Positions 38,829-46,906 of a DNA stretch of 64,000 bases are shown here, one piece after another. Both the position numbers and the translations under genes were made by a program. This stretch comes from Ignavibacteria bacterium (GTDB taxonomy: Bacteria > Bacteroidota > Ignavibacteria > UBA10030 > SZUA-254), in the NCBI GenBank assembly GCA_031379665.1, contig JANNFI010000044.1:13574-77573 (forward strand), written 5' to 3'. The number at the start of each line of letters is the position of its first letter. The first letter of the stretch is position 1. Below the pieces are notes generated by a model. It made no database searches, was not told the origin of the DNA, and was given only the letters and a program-made list of their open reading frames with translations.

Positions 38829-39181
38829 CGACGCAAGGGAAACCCATGGAAGCACCCGAATTAAGCTCCATCGAACAGCGAATCATCGAAGCGGAAGTCA
38901 TCGAGGCGATCCAGACCTGTTACGACCCGGAGATACCGGTGAACATTTATGAACTCGGCCTCATTTACTCAGTCGAGGTCGGGACGAAGGGTGAGGTCGC
39001 GGTGAAGATGACCCTCACCTCCCCGCAATGCCCGGCAGCGCAGTCTCTTCCGCCGGAGGTGGCCGCGAAGGTAAAGACCGTCAAGGGCGTGACCAACGCC
39101 GTCGTGGACGTGGTCTGGGAGCCGACCTGGAACCCGGGTATGATGACAGAGGCGGCCAGGCTGCAGCTCGGAATGATGTAA
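38825..39181 (+). CDS. sufT: DUF59 Fe-S maturation protein (SufT-like)
   Basis: DPEIPVNIYELGLIY, MTLTSPQCP, VWEPTW. Confidence 0.9.
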   Translation: MTTQGKPMEAPELSSIEQRIIEAEVIEAIQTCYDPEIPVNIYELGLIYSVEVGTKGEVAVKMTLTSPQCPAAQSLPPEVAAKVKTVKGVTNAVVDVVWEPTWNPGMMTEAARLQLGMM

Positions 39182-39242
39182 TCGACGTAAGGCAAACGTC
39201 GAAGGGCCATCCGGAGATTATCAAGGGAATATCTGTAGATTG

Positions 39243-39319
39243 TCAGTTGAGTATGAGTTGAGGATCGGTTGATTTTCAGTTGACTTTCAGTTGACTTTCA
39301 GTTGATTTTCGGTTGAGTA
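39243..39319. repeat. Intergenic 11-bp tandem array, 7 units, invariant GTTGA core
   Basis: TCAGTTGAGTA TGAGTTGAGGA TCGGTTGATTT TCAGTTGACTT TCAGTTGACTT TCAGTTGATTT TCGGTTGAGTA. Confidence 0.92.
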
Positions 39320-39344
39320 TTAGAATACTATCAGGAGACCATCC

Positions 39345-39710
39345 ATGGAACAAACGATCACAATAAAACCACGGCTCTCGGAAGAGGTGAACCTCACCCC
39401 GAAGGCGGCCGCGCAGGTGATGAAACTGAAGAAGGAGAACAACCTTCCCGAGGGCCACGGCCTCCGGGTCGGGGTGAAGGGGGGCGGATGTTCCGGCCTC
39501 TCGTACGTGCTGGGGTTCGACGCCGAGTCGAAACCAAACGACGTCATCTTCGAGAAGGAGGGGGTAACGATCTTCGTCGATCCGAAAAGCCTCTTCTACC
39601 TCTCGGGAATCGTCCTCGACTTTTCCGACGGACTGAACGGCAAGGGGTTCGTCTTCAACAACCCCCAGGCCGAGAAGACGTGCGGCTGCGGCAACTCCTT
39701 CAGCGCCTGA
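39345..39710 (+). CDS. iscA: A-type Fe-S carrier (IscA/SufA/HesB family)
   Basis: LRVGVKGGGCSGLSY, FNNPQAEKTCGCGNSF; AGGAG SD. Confidence 0.93.
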   Translation: MEQTITIKPRLSEEVNLTPKAAAQVMKLKKENNLPEGHGLRVGVKGGGCSGLSYVLGFDAESKPNDVIFEKEGVTIFVDPKSLFYLSGIVLDFSDGLNGKGFVFNNPQAEKTCGCGNSFSA

Positions 39711-39722
39711 GAGGGCCTCACC

Positions 39723-40450
39723 ATGCCGATCGGCAGGAGGGATTTCATCCGCACCGCCACGCTCGGCGGCGCAGCGGCGATCGTCTCGCCAGCGGAGATA
39801 TTTTCGACCAACAGACCACAGACCATTCACCAGGAGAAAACCACGATGCCTTTCACGCTTCCCAACCTGCCCTACGCGCACGACGCGCTGGAACCCCACA
39901 TCGACAAGATGACGATGGAAATACACCACGGCAAGCACCACGCCGCCTACGTCAACAACCTGAACAAGGCGGTCGAGACCACCGAGTGGAACGCGAAACC
40001 GATCGAGGAGATCCTCGCGAACATTTCGAAGCTTCCGCCGGCCGTCCGGAACAACGGCGGCGGCCATTACAACCATTCGCTCTTCTGGACCATCATGAAG
40101 CCGAACGGCGGCGGTCCCCCTTCGGGTGATCTCGCCGCGGCGATCGACCGCGATTTGGGCTCGTTCGACAAATTCAAGGAGGCGTTCGCCACCGCCGGCA
40201 CCACCAGGTTCGGCTCGGGTTGGGCCTGGCTGGTCAACCAGGGCGGAAAACTGGTCGTCTGCTCGACCCCCAACCAGGATTGCCCGATGATGGACACCGC
40301 CGAGGTGAAGGGCACGCCGATCCTGGGGATGACGTGTGGGAACACGCGTACTATCTGAAATACCAGAACCGCCGCCCCGATTACATCGCGGCGTTCTGGA
40401 GCGTTGTGAACTGGGACGAAGTCACGAGACGATTCACGCAGGCCCGCTAA
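39723..40450 (+). pseudogene. sodA: Mn-type superoxide dismutase with Tat signal; frameshifted at ~40331 (sequencing error or pseudogene)
   Basis: [39 protein letters not shown] and NQD in one frame; [18 protein letters not shown] continues in another frame to TAA at 40450. Confidence 0.9.
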
Positions 40451-40488
40451 ACCCCCGGCCATCTTCGCCATCGCGACGACACCCGCAG

Positions 40489-40519
40489 AGCCGGCCCGCT
40501 GGGCCGGCTTTGTGATTTT
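40489..40519 (+). terminator. Terminator-like hairpin after sod
   Basis: AGCCGGCCC-GCT-GGGCCGGCT followed by TTGTGATTTT. Confidence 0.5.
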
Positions 40520-40624
40520 CGGGACGCACCCACGGCGGCAGTTTGCGTCTGCGGCCGTCGTGTCGTACATTACCACGCGCGCCGCGGGACGACGCGGGAC
40601 TCTCACAACAGAAGGTGCACGGCC

Positions 40625-41035
40625 GTGAACGGACAGGAACACTCCAGGGGACAGGGTAATGCGAAGGCGTCGGCATTTGCCCTGATGATCATCGGGGGCG
40701 TTTTCCTCCTCAGGAACCTGGACCTGCTCCCGATGCACAGCAACTGGTGGGCGCTCCTGCTCCTGGTTCCGCTCTTCTTCCTGGGAACGCGCATCAGGGA
40801 GCTCCGGGCGAAACACGGAGGCGGGATCCCCCCGGAGGCGAGGGGCCCCCTGACCGGTTTTCTCTCGATCGCCCTCGTGATGCTGATCTTTCTTTTCAAC
40901 CTCGATTGGGGGGATGTCTGGCCGCTTTTCCTCATCCTTGTCGGGGTGTCGTTTCTCTTCGGGGCGTCATCCGAAAAGGGTGCCGGTCCCGCAGCGGGTC
41001 CGGGCGGCGCCCCGCCTGGCGGACCCGTTCCTTGA
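40625..41035 (+). CDS. Small multi-pass membrane protein (LiaF/LiaI-like transmembrane region)
   Basis: LMIIGGVFLLRNL...NWWALLLL and WGDVWPLFLILVGV repeats. Confidence 0.7.
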   Translation: MNGQEHSRGQGNAKASAFALMIIGGVFLLRNLDLLPMHSNWWALLLLVPLFFLGTRIRELRAKHGGGIPPEARGPLTGFLSIALVMLIFLFNLDWGDVWPLFLILVGVSFLFGASSEKGAGPAAGPGGAPPGGPVP

Positions 41036-41065
41036 TTCAAAAGCGGATTTCACTTATCATTCAGA

Positions 41066-41248
41066 ATGAATGAGTGGGAAAAGTCGGCGCCGGAGGCGCT
41101 GAAGCAGCGAACATCGCGGACGTCGGCGAAACCCGCGGACGTGCACTACTGGCAGTATTGCGGCAACTGCGGGACGAAACTCGAGGGGAGGAAATGCAAA
41201 CTCATCTGTCCCCAATGCGGTTTTTACCACTCCTGCAGCGAACCATGA
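41066..41248 (+). CDS. Small Cys-rich zinc-finger protein (60 aa)
   Basis: CGNCG...CKLICPQCGFYHSC. Confidence 0.7.
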   Translation: MNEWEKSAPEALKQRTSRTSAKPADVHYWQYCGNCGTKLEGRKCKLICPQCGFYHSCSEP

Positions 41249-41276
41249 ATTCACCATCCAACCATCACACTACCAT

Positions 41277-41378
41277 ATGAACAAAAAATCGAAACGCGTC
41301 GCGAAAAAGCACCGGAAGAGCGTCAACAGGATGAAGGCGAAGACCAAGGAATCCCTTGCCCGGGCGAAGAAAAAATAA
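41277..41378 (+). CDS. 33-aa highly basic microprotein (not in the ORF track)
   Basis: MNKKSKRVAKKHRKSVNRMKAKTKESLARAKKK, followed immediately by a terminator. Confidence 0.65.
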   Translation: MNKKSKRVAKKHRKSVNRMKAKTKESLARAKKK

Positions 41379-41390
41379 GCCCGTGGGGCC

Positions 41391-41418
41391 GGGGGCATCC
41401 CCGGGTTGCCTTTTTTTT
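41391..41418 (+). terminator. Intrinsic terminator
   Basis: GGCATCC-CCG-GGTTGCC hairpin (one mismatch) followed by T8. Confidence 0.65.
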
Positions 41419-41451
41419 GTCGTGTGGCAGTCGCCGGGAGGGTAAGCGGCG

Positions 41452-42291
41452 ATGATCTATTCTTTCGGCGGCGCGTCATATGACCTCGGCGCGCGCGCGC
41501 GCATCATGGGGATCCTGAACATCACCCCCGATTCATTTTCCGACGGCGGTCGGTACACCGACCCCGGTGCGGCGGTTGAACACGCCGTGCGGATGGCGGC
41601 GGACGGCGCCGACTTCATCGACGTGGGCGGTGAGTCGTCGAGGCCGGGTGCTGAACCTGTTGCTCCCCGGGAGGAAATCCGTAGGGTGGTTCCGGTGATC
41701 GAATCGCTCCCAGCGAAGATAGGCCTGCCCATTTCCGTTGACACCCGCAACGCCGATGTCGCCGAGGAGGCCCTCAGCGCCGGCGCGACCATCGTCAACG
41801 ACATCTCGGGACTCCGGCACGATCCAAGGATGGCCCGCGTCATCGCATCGCACGGGGCCACCGCGGTGCTGATGCACATGCGGGGGACGCCCTCGACGAT
41901 GCAGGACAACCCCCGGTACGACGACCTCATCGGAGAGATCAGGGCATCGTTCCTGGAGAGCCTGCGGCTCGCCGCTGATGCCGGTATCCGGCAGGTCGTC
42001 CTTGATCCGGGGATCGGTTTCGGGAAGACGGCTGAACACAACCTCGAAATCCTCGGACGGCTCGACGAATTCACCGACCTGGGCTGCCCGCTGATGGTCG
42101 GCCCGTCCCGGAAGGCCTTCATCGGCGCCGTGCTCGGGCTGTCGGTGGGTGAGAGGCTCGAGGGGACCATCGGCGCCGCGGTCGCGGCCGTGATGAAGGG
42201 CGCCAGGATCCTGCGGGTCCACGACGTCCTGGAGGTCGCCAGGGCAGTGAGGATCGCCGACGCGATCGTGGCCCGGGAAACCGCCCGGTAG
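41452..42291 (+). CDS. folP: Dihydropteroate synthase
   Basis: MGILNITPDSFSDGG, DVGGESSRPG, NDISG, DPGIGFGKT, SRK, RVHDV. Confidence 0.97.
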   Translation: MIYSFGGASYDLGARARIMGILNITPDSFSDGGRYTDPGAAVEHAVRMAADGADFIDVGGESSRPGAEPVAPREEIRRVVPVIESLPAKIGLPISVDTRNADVAEEALSAGATIVNDISGLRHDPRMARVIASHGATAVLMHMRGTPSTMQDNPRYDDLIGEIRASFLESLRLAADAGIRQVVLDPGIGFGKTAEHNLEILGRLDEFTDLGCPLMVGPSRKAFIGAVLGLSVGERLEGTIGAAVAAVMKGARILRVHDVLEVARAVRIADAIVARETAR

Positions 42292-42298
42292 GGGACCG

Positions 42299-43117
42299 AT
42301 GGAACTCTTCAGGATAGGATTTCTCTCCGTCTCGCTCGTGGACCTGCTCGACGTTGGGCTGGTGTCGTTCATCTTCTACAAGCTCTACATGATCATGCGC
42401 GGTACGGTGGCCGCGCAGATCTTCGCCGGGCTCCTGCTGATCATCGCGTTCTCCTTCCTCGCCCAGGCCATCGACTTCAAGGCGATGAACTGGATGCTCC
42501 GCACCCTGACCGACATCTGGGTCATCGCCTTCATCATCCTCTTCCAGCCGGAGCTCCGGCGCCTCCTCGTCCTGATCGGGAGGAACCGAGTGGTTCGCCT
42601 TTTCCTCCGGATGAGCTCCGAGGAGTCGATCGACGAAATCGCCGGGGCTGCGGGCGAGCTGGCCCGCAAACACCACGGGATGCTCATCGTGCTGATCCGG
42701 TCGACGGGGCTGAAGGCCTTCGTCGAATCGGGGCTCTCCCTGCAGGCGAGGATCAGCAAGCCGCTGCTTGTTTCGATCTTCAACCCGCGGTCGCCACTGC
42801 ACGACGGCGCCGTCGTGGTGAGGGACCGGGTGGTCGAGGCGGCCAGAGTGACCCTGCCGCTCTCGCAGACCGCCAAGATCGGCGACCACGCCCTCGGGAC
42901 CAGGCACAGGGCCGCCCTCGGGATCTCCGAGCAGGCGGACGTCATCGCGATCGTGGTCTCCGAGGAGAACGGCGCGATCTCCATCGCTGACAACGGCGTC
43001 CTCATCAGGGGACTGACCACGCAGGAGCTGAGATCCGAACTGAGGGCGAGGATGGAGACCACCTCCGACAAGACCGCAAAATCGATCCGCTCGATTTTCA
43101 GGGGGGGACAGTCGTAA
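42299..43117 (+). CDS. cdaA: Diadenylate cyclase CdaA
   Basis: Three N-terminal TM helices, FQPELRR, PLHDGAV, GTRHRAA, VSEE. Confidence 0.95.
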   Translation: MELFRIGFLSVSLVDLLDVGLVSFIFYKLYMIMRGTVAAQIFAGLLLIIAFSFLAQAIDFKAMNWMLRTLTDIWVIAFIILFQPELRRLLVLIGRNRVVRLFLRMSSEESIDEIAGAAGELARKHHGMLIVLIRSTGLKAFVESGLSLQARISKPLLVSIFNPRSPLHDGAVVVRDRVVEAARVTLPLSQTAKIGDHALGTRHRAALGISEQADVIAIVVSEENGAISIADNGVLIRGLTTQELRSELRARMETTSDKTAKSIRSIFRGGQS

Positions 43118-43134
43118 ACTCCGGCCGACACCCA

Positions 43135-43794
43135 ATGGATTCCGCTCGAGCGCGGGGCTTCAAACGCTTCGACCAGGAACGCGACGAAATGATCGGGCTC
43201 ATCCGCGGCCGCGGGATCACCGACGACGCCATCATCGGCGCAATGAGCCGGATCGACCGCCGTGAATTTGTCGGGACCCCCTTCCTCAACAGGTCGTACG
43301 ACGATTGCGCGCTCCCGATCGGCTGCTCGCAGACGATTTCCCAGCCGTACACCGTCGCCTTCATGACGCAGGCCCTCAGCGCGAAGCCGGGGGACAAGGT
43401 CCTTGAAATCGGAACCGGGTCCGGATACCAGGCCGCCGTTCTCGCGGAGATGGGATTGAGGGTGTTCACGATCGAGCGGCATATGCAGCTGCTGGTGGAG
43501 GCCAGGAAACGGTTTGAAAAATTTTCCTTCAACATCGCGTCGAAATGCGGCGACGGGACGCTGGGATGGAGCGAATTCGGCCCGTACCGCGGCATCGTCG
43601 TCACGGCGGGCGCGCCGGAACCTCCCCGGGCCCTCCTCGACCAGCTCGACGACGGAGGCGTCCTGGTGATCCCGATCGGCGGGATGGAACTGCAGGACAT
43701 TCACGCGATCACGCGCCGCGCCGACCGGTATGAAGCCCAGCAGACCGCCGGTTTCAAGTTCGTCCCCCTGATCGGGAAATCGGGCTGGAAGTGA
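43135..43794 (+). CDS. pcm: Protein-L-isoaspartate O-methyltransferase
   Basis: QTISQPY, VLEIGTGSGYQAAVL, GDGTLGW, FVPLIG. Confidence 0.96.
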   Translation: MDSARARGFKRFDQERDEMIGLIRGRGITDDAIIGAMSRIDRREFVGTPFLNRSYDDCALPIGCSQTISQPYTVAFMTQALSAKPGDKVLEIGTGSGYQAAVLAEMGLRVFTIERHMQLLVEARKRFEKFSFNIASKCGDGTLGWSEFGPYRGIVVTAGAPEPPRALLDQLDDGGVLVIPIGGMELQDIHAITRRADRYEAQQTAGFKFVPLIGKSGWK

Positions 43795-44765
43795 TGACTT
43801 CAGAGACGTCGGGTGCCCCGCCGCACGGGCTCCGGAACGTCCTGGTGATCGTCGGCCCCACGTGTGCCGGCAAGACGGCGCTTGCCCTCGCCGTCGCCCG
43901 CCTCCTGCCGTGCGAGATCGTCTCGGCGGATTCACGCCAGGTCTACGACGACATGGAGATCGGGACCGCCCAACCCTCCGCGGCCGAGTTGCTCGAAGTG
44001 CCTCACCACTTCGTCGCCGAACTCCCCCCCGACGGGGAATTCAACGCGGGGAAGTTCGGGACGCTCGGCCGCGAGGTCATCGCCCGGATTTTCGACCGCG
44101 GGCGGGTCCCGCTCGTCGTCGGCGGGTCGGGCCTCTATCTCCGGTCGTTGCTCCGGGGCCTCTTCGATGGTCCCGAGGCGGAACAGGGCGTCAGGGACGC
44201 GCTCGAAGCCCGGTTGAAAACCGAGGGGGTCGACAGCCTCCTCGAAGAACTCCGGCAGGTCGACCCCGAAGCGGCGGCAACGCTCAAACCCGCGCACGCG
44301 AGGAGGATCGTCCGCGCCCTGGAAGTGTACGCACTCACCGGGAGAACCCTCACCGAGATGCACCGCGGGGGGGTGATCAGGGTTCCGTTCCATCCGGTTC
44401 AGGTGGGGTTGCGCTGGCCCCGGCCCCTGCTCTATCGGAGGATCAACGAGCGCGTCATCGACATGGTGAACGCGGGGCTCGTGGAGGAAACGCGGCGACT
44501 GGTCGAACGCAGGTATTCCCCCGGACACCGTTCGCTCCAGTCGGTGGGCTACAGGGAAGCGATCGCACACATCGGCGGTCAGCTTACACGCGCCGAGATG
44601 ATTTCCCTGATCCAGATGAACACGAGGCGCTTCGCCAAGCGCCAGCTGACCTGGTTCCGTGCGGACCCCTCGATCCACTGGATCGACATCGAAACGGCTG
44701 ATGAGATTCCGGGCGTCGCGAAGGATGTTGTGCGACACTTCGCCGGCGGGGGAGGGCGCGGGTGA
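43794..44765 (+). CDS. miaA: tRNA dimethylallyltransferase
   Basis: GPTCAGKT, SADSRQVY, VGGSGLY, RIVRALEV, VGYRE, TRRFAKRQLTWF. Confidence 0.96.
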   Translation: MTSETSGAPPHGLRNVLVIVGPTCAGKTALALAVARLLPCEIVSADSRQVYDDMEIGTAQPSAAELLEVPHHFVAELPPDGEFNAGKFGTLGREVIARIFDRGRVPLVVGGSGLYLRSLLRGLFDGPEAEQGVRDALEARLKTEGVDSLLEELRQVDPEAAATLKPAHARRIVRALEVYALTGRTLTEMHRGGVIRVPFHPVQVGLRWPRPLLYRRINERVIDMVNAGLVEETRRLVERRYSPGHRSLQSVGYREAIAHIGGQLTRAEMISLIQMNTRRFAKRQLTWFRADPSIHWIDIETADEIPGVAKDVVRHFAGGGGRG

Positions 44766-44848
44766 TGCCCTGAATCGTGAATCACGGCGCGGCGGCCGTT
44801 TTGATAATAAGGTCAGTTTCACTATCTTTGTCGTTGTTGTACGGTGAT

Positions 44849-44923
44849 CGGGGCGTGGCTCAGCCCGGCTAGAGCGCTTGGTTCGGGACCAAGAGGTCGG
44901 CGGTTCAAATCCGCCCGCCCCGA
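44849..44923 (+). tRNA. tRNA-Pro(CGG)
   Basis: Acceptor CGGGGCG/CGCCCCG, anticodon arm CTTGG-TTCGGGA-CCAAG, T-loop GGTTCAAATCC; CCA not encoded. Confidence 0.95.
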
Positions 44924-44974
44924 CTCCTTTTTTCAAGGTTTTCTATCCCCCTGGGTGTTTTTCAAGCCCGTCAC

Positions 44975-45394
44975 GTGGAAACCCGCCTCTTCAATATTTT
45001 AATTGCTGAAGACAACCCGGGGCATCAGCGGCTCACGGAGTATGCCCTCAGGAAGAACCGCGTCCCGGTCAGGTGCGCGATCATGAGGGACGGACAAGAG
45101 GTCCTCGATTATCTTTTCCGGACTCCTCCGTACGACGACGATACCCTGCACCCCCGGCCGGACCTCATCCTCCTCGACCTGAATCTCCCGAAGCGGGATG
45201 GCAGGGAGGTGCTCGGCATCATCCGGAAGGAGCCGTCCCTGAGCGGGATCCCCGTCGTCATCGTGAGCACGTCGGACAGGGAGGAAGACGTGCGTTTCGC
45301 ACTCGAGAGCGGCGCCAGGGGCTACATCAGCAAGTCAAAAGGATTCGACGCGTATTCCGAAGAGATCAGCCAGGTGATACAGTATGCATCGTGA
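44975..45394 (+). CDS. Single-domain response regulator (Rcp1-like receiver)
   Basis: AEDN, PDLILLDLNLPKRDG, STS, YISK. Confidence 0.88.
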   Translation: METRLFNILIAEDNPGHQRLTEYALRKNRVPVRCAIMRDGQEVLDYLFRTPPYDDDTLHPRPDLILLDLNLPKRDGREVLGIIRKEPSLSGIPVVIVSTSDREEDVRFALESGARGYISKSKGFDAYSEEISQVIQYAS

Positions 45395-45466
45395 AGGCAA
45401 CAGCTCGCCGGCGTCGCCGGGGACCGGCCATTCCATTTCCATTCCTCCACCGCGGGGATCGGCCTG

Positions 45467-46783
45467 ATGGCGGGCATCGTCGCCATCGTCGGCCGCCCGA
45501 ACGTCGGGAAGTCCACCCTGTTCAACCGGATCGTCGGAATGCGGGACGCGATCGTCCACGACGAGCCAGGCGTGACCCGGGACCGGAAGTACGGCCCCGC
45601 GGAATGGGCGGGGAGGAGCTTCACGCTGATCGATACCGGCGGGTACGTTCCGAAGTCGTCCGACATTTTCGAGAAGGCGATCCGCGAACAGGCAGAAATT
45701 GCGATGGAGGAGGCGGACGCGATCATTTTCGTCGTCGATGCGCTCTCCGGGATCACCCCGCTCGACAAGGATATCGCCGGGATGCTCCGGACCTCACCCA
45801 AGAAGATCCTGCTCGTGGCGAACAAGGTCGACGGGCCGTCGCGCGAAGGCGACGCCGGCCAGTTCTTCTCGCTCGGCCTGGGAGACGCGATCCCGCTCTC
45901 CGCCCTGGGCGGAAGGATGATCGGCGATTTCCTGGATGACCTCGTGGCCGCGATCGGCGCGGAAGGCACGATCCCGGAAGAGGATGAGGGGATGCTGAAG
46001 CTGGCGGTCGTCGGGAAGCCCAACGTCGGCAAATCCACGCTCGTGAACGCGCTCCTCGGCGAGGAACGGAACATCGTGACCGACATCCCCGGCACGACGA
46101 GGGACTCCATCGATTCGATGCTCACCCACGAAGGCGAGGAGTTCATGCTCATCGACACGGCCGGCCTCCGGAGGAAGAGCAAGATCAAGGAGAGCGTCGA
46201 ATTCTACAGCGCGATGAGGACGCTCAAGACCCTCGAGCGTTGCAACGTCGCGGTCCAGCTCGTCGATGCCTCAGGGGGGATGGACAAGCAGGACCTGCAC
46301 ATCGTCGAGGAGATCTGTTCCCGCCGGAGGGGGGTCATCATCGCTGTGAACAAGTGGGACGCCGTGGAGAAGGACACCCAGACGGCCCTGTCGTACGAGA
46401 GGGCGATCGCGTCGATGCTGCGGAAATACGACTACATCCCCGTCATCTTCATCTCCGCGCTGAAACGGCAGCGGATCTTCAAGGTGGTGTCGATGGCGCG
46501 CACCGTCCATTCGCAGTTCAGGCGGCGGATCGCGACCAACAAGCTGAACAACGTCCTCCTGCCGGAGATCGAACGCCGTCCTCCCTCATCGGCGTCGGGG
46601 CGGGAGATCAGGATTAATTACATCACGCAGATCAGGACAGGCCCGCCACTCTTCGCTTTTTTTTCCAACGACCCGCTGAAAATCAAGACAGAATACAAGC
46701 GGTTCCTCGAGAACCAGCTGCGCGAGCACTTCGGCCTCGAAGGCGTGCCGGTCTCGCTGGTGTTCAGGAAAAAAAACCGCTGA
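45467..46783 (+). CDS. der: Ribosome biogenesis GTPase Der
   Basis: Two G domains (GRPNVGKS/DTGG/NKVD and GKPNVGKS/DTAG/NKWD) plus a KH-like C-terminus. Confidence 0.97.
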   Translation: MAGIVAIVGRPNVGKSTLFNRIVGMRDAIVHDEPGVTRDRKYGPAEWAGRSFTLIDTGGYVPKSSDIFEKAIREQAEIAMEEADAIIFVVDALSGITPLDKDIAGMLRTSPKKILLVANKVDGPSREGDAGQFFSLGLGDAIPLSALGGRMIGDFLDDLVAAIGAEGTIPEEDEGMLKLAVVGKPNVGKSTLVNALLGEERNIVTDIPGTTRDSIDSMLTHEGEEFMLIDTAGLRRKSKIKESVEFYSAMRTLKTLERCNVAVQLVDASGGMDKQDLHIVEEICSRRRGVIIAVNKWDAVEKDTQTALSYERAIASMLRKYDYIPVIFISALKRQRIFKVVSMARTVHSQFRRRIATNKLNNVLLPEIERRPPSSASGREIRINYITQIRTGPPLFAFFSNDPLKIKTEYKRFLENQLREHFGLEGVPVSLVFRKKNR

Positions 46784-46824
46784 CACGCCCCCTCCCACGA
46801 GCCCCGCGCCGGGCTCCGGTCACC

Positions 46825-46853
46825 TTGACATTCACCCCACCCCCGTTTATATT
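46825..46853 (+). promoter_or_regulatory. Sigma70-type promoter upstream of relA/spoT
   Basis: TTGACA-17 bp-TATATT. Confidence 0.6.
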
Positions 46854-46906
46854 CTTTTATACGGTTTCTCATCGTTCTACGGCCATGGCCGCCGTCGGGG
46901 ACCCCA

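Noticed and set aside
39243-39319. Possible CRISPR array
   Set aside because: Units are 11 bp and contiguous, with no spacers and no cas genes nearby; kept as a tandem array
41452-43117. folP-cdaA adjacency and c-di-AMP synthesis in a diderm
   Set aside because: To my knowledge a common arrangement in Bacteroidota-related genomes; not novel
44975-45394. Orphan Rcp1-like response regulator as a sign of a phytochrome system
   Set aside because: No phytochrome or cognate kinase is adjacent; such receivers are widespread
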